From: Breznakia sp. PF5-3
GTDB taxonomy: Bacteria; Bacillota_I; Bacilli_A; Erysipelotrichales; Erysipelotrichaceae
Direction: 5' to 3'
Assembly: GCF_029504745.1 (NCBI RefSeq)
Contig: NZ_JAQFIQ010000008.1
Location: forward strand, 30,001 to 62,000
Length of the DNA: 32,000 nt
The notes beneath the pieces are model-generated. The model was not told the origin of the DNA. It ran no database searches and worked only from the letters and a program-made list of their open reading frames with translations. Positions within the stretch are counted from its first letter, which is position 1. The number at the start of each line of letters is the position of its first letter. Of this stretch, positions 7,755 to 16,287 are shown in pieces. The position numbers and the translations under genes were made by a program.

Positions 7755-8355
7755 CTACATAAACTATTTTTAATCTTCTTTGATTTCCTTCTCCTTCAGA
7801 TACGGTTGCCACATGTGGCATTGTCGTCAAATGATTATGAATTGCTTTACGTTCATCATTTGGCATTGGATCCAAAAGAGCATCGGTTTTTGAATAAACA
7901 ACGGTTTTTGCAACTCTTGTTGCAATTCCAATAACTTTTTTATATCGTTCATCTTTATATCCATTAATATCAATTAAACATGAAACACGTTTTTTGAAAT
8001 GACTTGATACAGCAGCTTTTAAAACATTGTTCATCGCTTGTAATGTTTGTCCTGCTTTTCCAATTAAAATAGCATTATTAGATGCATTAAGATTAATTTT
8101 ATAAAAATTATCTTGTTCTTCAATCATCATTTCAATATCCATTTCGATATTTTCAAAGTATTGTTGTAAATAATCATAAATATAATCTTTTATATCTGCT
8201 TTTGTATATGCTTCAATTGTTACTTCTTTACCAACACCTAAAAATCCTGCTTTTTCTTCAATTACGGTATATGTTATATCTTCTGTCGTAACATTTTTTT
8301 CAGCAGCGATAGATGCTAGAATTTCATCAACATTTTTTCCTGTATATTGTTTCAT
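7744..8355 (-). CDS. khpB: Jag/KhpB RNA-binding protein (Jag_N, KH and R3H domains)
   Basis: Collinear with B. subtilis Jag as I recall it (GFLGVGK, LIGKAGQTLQAMN KH motif, LDPMPNDERKAIHNHL R3H motif). The start was moved to the ATG at 8355 (MKQYTGKN), which has a GGAG SD. The ORF-track start at 8400 would overlap yidC. Confidence 0.85.
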   Translation of the reverse strand: MKQYTGKNVDEILASIAAEKNVTTEDITYTVIEEKAGFLGVGKEVTIEAYTKADIKDYIYDYLQQYFENIEMDIEMMIEEQDNFYKINLNASNNAILIGKAGQTLQAMNNVLKAAVSSHFKKRVSCLIDINGYKDERYKKVIGIATRVAKTVVYSKTDALLDPMPNDERKAIHNHLTTMPHVATVSEGEGNQRRLKIVYVEED

Positions 8356-8365
8356 AGAATTGCTC

Positions 8366-9265
8366 CTACATATCTTTAATAAAGAATTTTTGAATAACAA
8401 TATTTTGAATAATTCTAGTAAAAGCAGATACTAACCAGTAAAATGACATCCCCAAAGGCCAGTTAATGGCAAAGATTACAATCATCCCTACTGACATATA
8501 CATCATCATATTCATAGAACCTTGCATTCCACCTTTTTTATCTTTTGGATTTGCATAATCTTTGGTTTTGATATTACTATTTTCTTTACGTTTTTTAGCA
8601 AGATATTGAGGTAATTTAAGTGATACAAATTGGAATATAACCATAAGAGCAAAGATAATAATAATTGCAATTTGTCCTTTTGTAATTCCTTGCATTGGTG
8701 TTGTTGTTAAGTCAACACCCATAAATTCACCTTTATAAACTGAATCAGCTCTCATTACTGCTTGATAAACAGCAAGAATAACTGGTAATTGAATAAACAT
8801 TGTCACCAATGATCCCATTGGATTTATATCATGTTTCTTATATAAGTTTTGTAATTCTTGTGCTTGACGCATTTTTGATGCTTGATCTGTTTTTCCTTCA
8901 TACTTCGCTTGAATACGTTGTTGTTCTGGTTGAATCATTTGCATCTTTTGCGTTGCAACTTGTTGTTTGATTGACATTGCTGCTGTTACAAGGTTAATTA
9001 ATATTGTAACAATAATAATTCCCCATCCAGCATCCAAATACTTAGCAACTAAGTTAATAAGTTGTGCTACTGGCCAAACAATTATATTAAACCATCCCTC
9101 GCTAATACTATCCATATATGGTGTATCAAGATAGATAAGTTTACTTGGATCAATCGTTCCATCTGAATTCCTTACACTTGTACACGCTGATACAAATACA
9201 AGAAGAAAAACAGCAAACAATAATATTTTTTTATTGTCCTTTAAAAATTTATTAATTTTCTTCAT
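8366..9265 (-). CDS. yidC: YidC/SpoIIIJ/Oxa1-family membrane protein insertase (lipoprotein type)
   Basis: 299 aa. Has a lipobox (LLVFVSAC) and the conserved five-TM core. Sits in the canonical rnpA-yidC-jag order. Confidence 0.9.
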   Translation of the reverse strand: MKKINKFLKDNKKILLFAVFLLVFVSACTSVRNSDGTIDPSKLIYLDTPYMDSISEGWFNIIVWPVAQLINLVAKYLDAGWGIIIVTILINLVTAAMSIKQQVATQKMQMIQPEQQRIQAKYEGKTDQASKMRQAQELQNLYKKHDINPMGSLVTMFIQLPVILAVYQAVMRADSVYKGEFMGVDLTTTPMQGITKGQIAIIIIFALMVIFQFVSLKLPQYLAKKRKENSNIKTKDYANPKDKKGGMQGSMNMMMYMSVGMIVIFAINWPLGMSFYWLVSAFTRIIQNIVIQKFFIKDM

Positions 9266-9291
9266 TTTTTTTCCTCATTTCTAAAAAAAGC

Positions 9292-9624
9292 TTACCCATT
9301 CATTTTAACTTGTTTATACAATCTTTCCAAGTTCTTTTTATTGTTTTTATAGTTATTCTTTAAAAAATCTTCTTTCACTAAGATAATTGAATCAAAATTC
9401 TCATCAAAATCATATATTTCTGATATCATCATTCGTATTTGACGCTTTACTTTATTACGAATAACTGCATTTCCAATTTTCTTTTTTACCGTTATTCCCA
9501 CTCTAGGAATAGCTTCTTTTTTTTCATTTACATACAAAACAATACCATTACCTGGATAATACTTTCTTCCTTTAATAATAGTTGTAAATTCGTCTGCCTT
9601 TTTAATTCGGTATTTCTTTTTCAT
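9292..9624 (-). CDS. rnpA: Ribonuclease P protein component
   Basis: 110 aa basic protein with the RNR-type motif IRNKVKRQIR. Located immediately downstream of rpmH. Confidence 0.9.
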   Translation of the reverse strand: MKKKYRIKKADEFTTIIKGRKYYPGNGIVLYVNEKKEAIPRVGITVKKKIGNAVIRNKVKRQIRMMISEIYDFDENFDSIILVKEDFLKNNYKNNKKNLERLYKQVKMNG

Positions 9625-9637
9625 AAAGAACCTCTCT

Positions 9638-9668
9638 TAAAATAAAAATATCTCATTACGAGATATTT
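9638..9668 (-). terminator. Hairpin between rpmH and rnpA (partial terminator or attenuator)
   Basis: AAATATCTC (9646-9654) pairs with GAGATATTT (9660-9668) and starts right after the rpmH stop. On the minus strand it is followed by TTATTTT. Confidence 0.45.
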
Positions 9669-9803
9669 TTAAGCCGATAAAACTTTTCTACCTTTGCTAC
9701 GTCTTCTAGCTAATACGTTACGTCCTCCAGGTGTTTTCATACGAGCTCTAAACCCGTGAGTCTTTTGATGTTTTCTTTTACATGGTTGATATGTTCTTTT
9801 CAC
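9669..9803 (-). CDS. rpmH: 50S ribosomal protein L34
   Basis: Missed by the ORF track because it is short and starts with GTG. My translation is (M)[43 protein letters not shown]. The GTG at 9803 follows a GGAGGTG SD. Confidence 0.95.
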   Translation of the reverse strand: MKRTYQPCKRKHQKTHGFRARMKTPGGRNVLARRRSKGRKVLSA

Positions 9804-9984
9804 AAGAGACACCTCCAATTCTTTCTTTTTTCTACTTTTTACATAAAATCAACATTGCCTTATGATTATACCTTAATTTGTATTCATAAGTCAATATAAA
9901 TATAGATTTTAAAAACCGTGAATTTAAAATAATTTTTGATGATTAAGATATAAAAATATATAAAATAGCTATCATGAAAAAATA

Positions 9985-10252
9985 TTTTCCATATTTTTTT
10001 TCCTAGGGTTTTCCACATTGTGTGGAAAGTGTTGAAATGTTTCATAACGCATTAGTTTACTAGATTATTTTATCTACAAAGGGGTGTTGAAATATGTAAG
10101 TTGTAAAAAAGTTTTCCCTATTTTCCACTATGGAAATTTTGTTTATATTGTTTTACACATGTTTTCCACATTCAAAAGATGTTTAAAACTTTTTTTAAAC
10201 CCTATATATCGTTTATAATAGGGTTTTTTATCTTCTAATTTATTGTGGAAAA
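9985..10252. other. oriC upstream part: DnaA-box cluster in the rpmH-dnaA spacer, with an AT-rich tract at about 9880-9970
   Basis: Boxes related to TTATCCACA: TTTTCCACA 10009-10017, TGTGGAAAG 10021-10029 (inverted, 3-nt gap), TTATCTACA 10070-10078, TTTTCCACT 10121-10129, TTTTACACA 10151-10159, TTTTCCACA 10162-10170 and TGTGGAAAA 10244-10252. A weaker TTTTCCATA lies at 9985-9993. Confidence 0.8.
10197..10229. terminator. Symmetric terminator-like hairpin inside the DnaA-box region
   Basis: T6 (10191-10196), AAACCCTAT (10197-10205), 12-nt loop, ATAGGGTTT (10218-10226), then further T residues to 10229. Confidence 0.4.
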
Positions 10253-10330
10253 CTTTTTTCAATATAGCTTTATATACAATTTTAGTGTAATATATTTTAT
10301 AGATTTTAAACATTAAGAAAGGAGGTTTTT

Positions 10331-11683
10331 ATGAATCAGTTTGTACAAAATGATTTACAGACTGTTTGGGGGCAAATTCTAACAAAAATCAAAGAAGATA
10401 ATATCTTTGATGAACCAGTTTTCCACTCTTACATAAAAAGTTCTCTTCTTTATAATATAAGCGATGAAATGGCAATTATTGAGGTTCCTTACGTTACAAA
10501 CAAAAATTTCTTTATTCAAAATATTGACGAGTTTCAAAAATTATTGAGTCAAGCATTTAATAGAGAACTTCATTGCCAAGTTGTACTATCAAGTGAAATA
10601 TCAAACGTAAACAGGGAAGAAAAGAAAGATTTTATTTTTGAATATGGAAATAAAATTTTAGATCAATATACCTTTGATAATTTTATTCAAGGTCAAAGTA
10701 ATCAACAATCATTCGCAGCTGCCTATGGTTGTGCTTATTCTAAAGAAAAGAGCTTTTTTAATCCATTATTTATTTATGGAAACTCAGGATTGGGAAAAAC
10801 CCACTTACTGCATGCTATTTGTAATTATTTAAAAGAGAATCGTCCAGACATAAAATATTTATATATTGATGGAAATGATTTCATTTCATTGATTATAAAT
10901 TCTTTAAAAGAAAAAAATACAGATCAATTGATTGAAGAAATTATAAAATTGGACTATTTACTTATTGATGATATTCAACATTTAGCAAAAACAAATCAAT
11001 CACAAGAATTATTTTTTAATATTTACAATAAATTAAAATCCAATGGAAAACAGATTGTTTTAACAAGTGATGTCTATCCATCAGAATTAAAAAATATAAA
11101 TGATCGTATTATTTCAAGATTTACTTCAGGATTATCGGTTAGTATAACATCACCTGAATTTGAAACAGCTGTTTCTATCTTACAAAAAAAGTTAGAAGGT
11201 AGAAATAAGGAAATTAATATTAGTGAAGATGCTTTATATTATATTGCTCATAAATTTAATGAGGATGTTAGAAAATTAGAAGGAGCTTTGAATGAATTAT
11301 TATTTAAGGCAATCATTTACAATCCTCCTATCATTGATGAAAAATTTACAATTGAAATGTTTAAAGAAAATCCTATTATCAATCAAAATGATGAATTAAC
11401 CATTAAGAAAATCAAAAAGGAAGTATGTAATTTCTATAATATTACATTGAAGCAAATAGAATCAAAATCTCGTACTGCAGATATTGCAAATGCAAGACAT
11501 ATAGCTATATATTTAAGTCGAGAATTATTGGATACTCCATTTAAAAAGATTGGATCTGAATTTGGTAATCGAGATCACTCCACAATTATGACTTCTTATG
11601 ATAAAATAAGTAAGTTATCAAAAGAAAAGAGTATCTATAAAGATGTCATTGATGAGATAAAAGAAAAGCTTGGTATAAACTAA
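10331..11683 (+). CDS. dnaA: Chromosomal replication initiator protein DnaA
   Basis: 450 aa. Walker A motif GNSGLGKTHL, AAA+ core, and the C-terminal DNA-binding signature GNRDHSTIMTSYDKI. AAGGAGG SD. Confidence 0.97.
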   Translation: MNQFVQNDLQTVWGQILTKIKEDNIFDEPVFHSYIKSSLLYNISDEMAIIEVPYVTNKNFFIQNIDEFQKLLSQAFNRELHCQVVLSSEISNVNREEKKDFIFEYGNKILDQYTFDNFIQGQSNQQSFAAAYGCAYSKEKSFFNPLFIYGNSGLGKTHLLHAICNYLKENRPDIKYLYIDGNDFISLIINSLKEKNTDQLIEEIIKLDYLLIDDIQHLAKTNQSQELFFNIYNKLKSNGKQIVLTSDVYPSELKNINDRIISRFTSGLSVSITSPEFETAVSILQKKLEGRNKEINISEDALYYIAHKFNEDVRKLEGALNELLFKAIIYNPPIIDEKFTIEMFKENPIINQNDELTIKKIKKEVCNFYNITLKQIESKSRTADIANARHIAIYLSRELLDTPFKKIGSEFGNRDHSTIMTSYDKISKLSKEKSIYKDVIDEIKEKLGIN

Positions 11684-11761
11684 ACATTTTTTACCAAAAT
11701 TATGAACACTAAAAAAGTCTAAAATAGACGATGAATAGTGTTTTAAATTAAGTTTTAAACA

Positions 11762-11815
11762 TTTTCCACACACTAATAGTAATACTATTTAAAATACTTA
11801 ATATAAAAGAGGAGG
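11762..11815. other. oriC downstream part: DnaA box, DnaA-trio-like run and AT-rich tract (candidate unwinding region)
   Basis: TTTTCCACA 11762-11770, a CAC spacer, then TAA TAG TAA TAC TAT (11774-11788), then an AT-rich tract reaching the dnaN SD. Confidence 0.55.
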
Positions 11816-11822
11816 AAAAATC

Positions 11823-12941
11823 ATGTTTTTCAAAATTAACAAAAAAGAATTATTAAACAGTTTAAATGTTGTATCTAGAGCCATTTCAAATTATTCTCCA
11901 TTACCTGCATTCTCAGGAATTAAATTTGATGTAAGTGAACAAGAGATTTGTTTAATGGCAAGTGATTCAGATATATCAATAAAAACTTATCTAACAATCA
12001 ATGATGAATTTTATATGGAAATTATAAAACCTGGATCTATTGTAATTGAAGCAAAATACATTTTAGATATCGTTCGTAAAATGGATACTGAAGTTGTGGA
12101 AATTGAAGTATTGGATGGATGTAATATAAAAATTAGTGATGAAAGTTCTGAATTTAAAATTATAGGTATGTATGCAAATGAATATCCTCTTATTGATTTT
12201 GATAAGAGTGAAGATTCATTTAAAATCAATAGTTTAGAACTTAAAAAAATTATTAATAAAACTATTTTTGCTACTAGTGATAAAGATACTCGTCCTTATC
12301 TAAATGGTATTAATTTTAAAATTGAAGGAAATAATGTAGAATGTACAGCAACTGATTCTTATCGTTTAGCAAAAACTTCTTTTACGATTGAAAAAGATTT
12401 TAGTTACAATATTATCATTCCTTCAAAGAGTTTAAATGAACTTATGAAATCTTTAGATGAAGATAGAGAAATAGAACTTTTCTTATCAAATAAAAAAGTA
12501 CAATTTTTAATTGATAATACAACAATTCAAACAAGACTTATTGATGGAAAATTTCCAGATACACAACAATTGATACCTACATCATTCGATTATGAATTAA
12601 GTTTAGATATTAGAGATATCTTAGGGTCTATTGATCGTGTTAGTTTTATTAAGAATGATGGAGTAAATATCATTAAATTAGAATTAACAAGTGGAGAATG
12701 TATATTATCTAGTAAATCTCAAGAAATAGGATCGGCTACTGAAATTCTTAGAACAGCTAATTTTCAAGGAAATGATCTTAATATTTCATTTAATGGTCGT
12801 TATGTATTTGAAGCAATTAAAGCTATCAATGCTTCTACAATTAAATTTAAATTTAGTGGCGATATGAAACCCTTTATAATTGAAGGAGAAGGCATTGATA
12901 ATGTTCTTCAATTAGTACTTCCAGTAAGAACTTATTTATAG
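11823..12941 (+). CDS. dnaN: DNA polymerase III beta sliding clamp
   Basis: 372 aa with three-domain clamp length and pattern (ATDSYRLA, LIDGKFPD). Canonical position after dnaA. Confidence 0.95.
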   Translation: MFFKINKKELLNSLNVVSRAISNYSPLPAFSGIKFDVSEQEICLMASDSDISIKTYLTINDEFYMEIIKPGSIVIEAKYILDIVRKMDTEVVEIEVLDGCNIKISDESSEFKIIGMYANEYPLIDFDKSEDSFKINSLELKKIINKTIFATSDKDTRPYLNGINFKIEGNNVECTATDSYRLAKTSFTIEKDFSYNIIIPSKSLNELMKSLDEDREIELFLSNKKVQFLIDNTTIQTRLIDGKFPDTQQLIPTSFDYELSLDIRDILGSIDRVSFIKNDGVNIIKLELTSGECILSSKSQEIGSATEILRTANFQGNDLNISFNGRYVFEAIKAINASTIKFKFSGDMKPFIIEGEGIDNVLQLVLPVRTYL

Positions 12942-12946
12942 TGATA

Positions 12947-12973
12947 AAGAGAGGATTTAATCCTCTTTTTTTT
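12947..12973 (+). terminator. Intrinsic terminator after dnaN
   Basis: AGAGGAT (12950-12956), loop TTA, ATCCTCT (12960-12966), then T7. Confidence 0.75.
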
Positions 12974-13055
12974 GATTTTATGAAGGTTTAAAAAAGTTAG
13001 GTTAAATGTGGAAAATATGGTATAATATGACTGATGTGAAATGGAGTTTTTGCTA

Positions 13056-13259
13056 ATGAAAATACCAATAAATACAGAATATGTTACACTTGGACAATTC
13101 TTGAAAATGACTGATTTTATTAGTAGTGGTGGGGAAGCTAAATTTGCTGTGAAAGAATTACATATAACAGTAAACGGAGAAGCTGAAAATCGTAGAGGCC
13201 GCAAACTATATAAAACAGATATTATTAAGATTGAAGACCAAACATTTGAAATTGAATGA
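13056..13259 (+). CDS. yaaA: S4-domain RNA-binding protein YaaA
   Basis: MKIPINTEYVTLGQFLKMTDFISSGGEAK...NRRGRKLY matches B. subtilis YaaA as I recall it. The start was moved to the ATG at 13056, with a GGAG SD at 13043-13046. The stop overlaps the recF start (ATGA). Confidence 0.85.
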   Translation: MKIPINTEYVTLGQFLKMTDFISSGGEAKFAVKELHITVNGEAENRRGRKLYKTDIIKIEDQTFEIE

Positions 13260-14359
13260 AAATTAAAAAACTGAAAATTTTAAATTTTCGTAATTATCAA
13301 AATGAAGAATTGCATTTTGATAATGGTATTCATGTAATCATTGGTAAAAATGGACAAGGTAAAACAAACTTACTTGAGAGTATATATTATTTATCATGTA
13401 CAAAGAGTCATCGAATTAAAGATGATCATAGTTTGATAAATAAAAACTCTTCATTTTTTAATTTAGATGCATGTATTACAAAGAATCAAAAAGATGTAGA
13501 AATTCGTTGTAATGTAAGTGATAGTGGCAAAAATTTATTTTTATATCGAAATCCAATTCAAAAAGTAAGTGATTTTATTGGTTTCTTTAATGCCGTTATG
13601 TTTTATCCAGATGATATGAATTTATTTGGATCAACACCAAAAAGAAGAAGACAATTTATTGATTTAGAATTGGGAAAATTATCAAAGACATATACAAATA
13701 CTTTAAATAATTATTATAAAGTTTTAAAAGAGCGTAATAGTTATTTAAAAAATGGAAGTGTTGATCCGTTGTTTTTGGATACACTGGATGATCAATTGAT
13801 TACTTATCAGATGAAGATAGTTAAGCAACGTAAAAAATTTATTGAAGATATTTTACGTAAGAGTAATGATTTCTATCTTTCTTTATCAAATGATAATACA
13901 GTGATTGATTATCGATATGTAAGTGATGTTATGTATGATGAAGATGAAATGGTAATGTGTAAAGAATTAAAAGCTAAATATTTAAAAGTTAGAGAAAAAG
14001 ATTTGTATTTTAAAAGTAGTAGTATTGGTATACATCGAGATGATTATATATTTTATATGAATGGTAATGAAGTAAATACGTTTGCTTCACAAGGTCAAAA
14101 AAGAATCTTGTTGTTGAGTTTAAAATTAGGTATTGTTTATACCATTTATGAGTTAACAAAAGATTATCCGGTTTTGATATTAGATGATGTATTTTCAGAA
14201 CTAGATGAGGAAAGGCGAAAACGATTATTGACTTTATTGCCTGATGAAATTCAAATTTTTATTTCAACAACTGATTTTATAAAAATTGAAGATGATAAGA
14301 ACATTAACTATTGGATGGTTGATGATGGAAATATTGAAAAAATAAGGGGGAATTGCTAA
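13256..14359 (+). CDS. recF: DNA replication and repair protein RecF
   Basis: 367 aa. Walker A motif [19 protein letters not shown]-like signature SQGQKR, and Walker B motif [12 protein letters not shown]. Confidence 0.95.
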   Translation: MKIKKLKILNFRNYQNEELHFDNGIHVIIGKNGQGKTNLLESIYYLSCTKSHRIKDDHSLINKNSSFFNLDACITKNQKDVEIRCNVSDSGKNLFLYRNPIQKVSDFIGFFNAVMFYPDDMNLFGSTPKRRRQFIDLELGKLSKTYTNTLNNYYKVLKERNSYLKNGSVDPLFLDTLDDQLITYQMKIVKQRKKFIEDILRKSNDFYLSLSNDNTVIDYRYVSDVMYDEDEMVMCKELKAKYLKVREKDLYFKSSSIGIHRDDYIFYMNGNEVNTFASQGQKRILLLSLKLGIVYTIYELTKDYPVLILDDVFSELDEERRKRLLTLLPDEIQIFISTTDFIKIEDDKNINYWMVDDGNIEKIRGNC

Positions 14360-16275
14360 TGAATGAAGAAAAAGTAGAGCATTCGTATACGGCCGATGAT
14401 ATACAGGTCTTAGAAGGTTTAGAAGCTGTTAGAAAAAGACCTGGTATGTATATTGGATCTACTGCAGAGCGTGGATTGCATCATTTGGTATGGGAAATTG
14501 TCGATAATGGTATTGATGAGGCATTGGCTGGATATGCAAGTGATATTATTCTTACAATTGAAAAAGATAATATTATTAAAGTAGAAGATAATGGTCGTGG
14601 GATGCCTGTAGGATTACATAAGAAAACAAATATATCTACAGTAGAAACTATTTTTACCGTTCTTCATGCCGGTGGTAAATTTGGTGGTGGAGCATATAAA
14701 GTAAGTGGTGGTCTACATGGTGTAGGTGCATCGGTAGTTAATGCTCTTTCTGAATGGTTAGAAGTAGAAGTTCATCAAGATGGAAATATTAACTTTATTC
14801 GTTTTGAAAATGGTGGTAAAGCAGTGGCTCCTTTAAAAGTTACAGGAAAAACAGATAAACATGGATCTATTGTTCGCTTTAAAGCTGATCCAACTATTTT
14901 CACCGAAACAACAACATATAATTTTGAAACTTTAAAAGCACGAATTCGCCAATTGGCTTTCTTGAATAAAGGAATTCGTATGGTTCTTATTGATGAGCGT
15001 GAAGATGAAGTTAAGAAATTAGTTTATCACTATGAAGGTGGTATAAAAGAATATGTTGAATATCTTAATAAGAATAAAGAAGTTCTTCATGATGAAGTTG
15101 TATATGTTGAAGGAATTGAAGATGATATTATCGCGGAGATTGCTCTTCAATATAACAATGGATACTTACCTAATATTTATTCTTTCTGTAATAACATTAA
15201 TACTGCAGAAGGAGGAACTCATGAGGATGGATTCCGTTTAGCTCTTACAAGAGTTATTAATAAATATGCTCAGGAAAATGGATTTATTAAGAAAGATGAA
15301 TCTTTAATTGGAGATGATGTCCGTGAGGGAATTACAGCGATTATTTCTATTAAGCATCCAAATCCTCAATATGAAGGACAAACAAAGACAAAATTAGGAA
15401 ATTCAGAAGTTCGTAAAATTGTTTCTTCAATCTTAGGAACACAGTTAGAACGCTTTTTAATGGAAAATCCAGATACTGCAAAAGTAATTATGGAAAAATC
15501 AGTTGTAGCTTCTAAAGCGAGAATGGCTGCAAAAAAAGCAAGAGAACTTACAAGACGTAAAAATGCACTAGAAATTTCTTCTTTACCTGGAAAATTAGCT
15601 GATTGTTCAAGTAAAGATGCAAGTATGTGTGAAATATATATAGTCGAAGGGGATTCAGCCGGAGGAAGTGCAAAGCAAGGACGTAATCCAAAATATCAAG
15701 CTATTTTGCCATTACGTGGTAAAATTTTGAATGTTGAAAAAGCAAGACTACATAAAATATTTGAAAATAATGAAATTCGTTCTATGGTTACTGCTTTTGG
15801 TACTGGTATTGGTGAAGAATTAGAACCAGATAAATTAAGGTATCATAAAATTGTAATTATGACCGACGCGGATGTCGATGGAGCACATATTCGTACTTTA
15901 TTACTTACTTTCTTCTATCGATACTTAAAACCAGTTATTGAAGGAGGTTATATTTATATAGCACAACCTCCATTATATAAAGTTCAAAAAGGAAATAGCA
16001 TCAAATATGCTTATTCAGATGAACAGATGGAAATTATTAGAGGAGAAATGGGAGAACGTACAAATATTCAACGTTATAAAGGATTGGGAGAAATGAATGC
16101 TGATCAATTATGGGAAACGACAATGAATCCTGAAAATCGTACGCTTATTCAAGTTACGATTGAGGATGCAATTGAAGCTGATGAAGTATTTTCAATGTTG
16201 ATGGGTGATGAAGTAGAACCACGTAGAAAATTTATTCAAGAGAATGCTGTCTACGTTAAGAATTTAGATATATAG
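14359..16275 (+). CDS. gyrB: DNA gyrase subunit B
   Basis: GHKL ATPase motifs ([30 protein letters not shown]) and Toprim motifs ([35 protein letters not shown]). The ATG at 14359 lies 8 nt after an AAGGGGG SD and overlaps the recF TAA by 1 nt. Confidence 0.97.
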   Translation: MNEEKVEHSYTADDIQVLEGLEAVRKRPGMYIGSTAERGLHHLVWEIVDNGIDEALAGYASDIILTIEKDNIIKVEDNGRGMPVGLHKKTNISTVETIFTVLHAGGKFGGGAYKVSGGLHGVGASVVNALSEWLEVEVHQDGNINFIRFENGGKAVAPLKVTGKTDKHGSIVRFKADPTIFTETTTYNFETLKARIRQLAFLNKGIRMVLIDEREDEVKKLVYHYEGGIKEYVEYLNKNKEVLHDEVVYVEGIEDDIIAEIALQYNNGYLPNIYSFCNNINTAEGGTHEDGFRLALTRVINKYAQENGFIKKDESLIGDDVREGITAIISIKHPNPQYEGQTKTKLGNSEVRKIVSSILGTQLERFLMENPDTAKVIMEKSVVASKARMAAKKARELTRRKNALEISSLPGKLADCSSKDASMCEIYIVEGDSAGGSAKQGRNPKYQAILPLRGKILNVEKARLHKIFENNEIRSMVTAFGTGIGEELEPDKLRYHKIVIMTDADVDGAHIRTLLLTFFYRYLKPVIEGGYIYIAQPPLYKVQKGNSIKYAYSDEQMEIIRGEMGERTNIQRYKGLGEMNADQLWETTMNPENRTLIQVTIEDAIEADEVFSMLMGDEVEPRRKFIQENAVYVKNLDI

Positions 16276-16287
16276 GAGGCAATTTTA

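Noticed and set aside
10029-10099. 10-nt direct repeat GTGTTGAAAT (10029-10038 and 10084-10093), and a strong SD (AAAGGGG) followed by a minimal start-stop ORF ATG-TAA (10094-10099), inside the origin region.
   Set aside because: The repeat is short and AT-rich. Its resemblance to a Spo0A-type TGNCGAA box is imperfect (TGTTGAA). A start-stop ORF in a non-transcribed-looking origin spacer cannot be supported from sequence alone.
12932-13204. 90-aa minus-strand ORF spanning the dnaN terminator and the antisense strand of yaaA.
   Set aside because: It crosses an intrinsic terminator and a promoter, is antisense to a conserved S4-domain gene, has no SD, and its product has no recognisable features.
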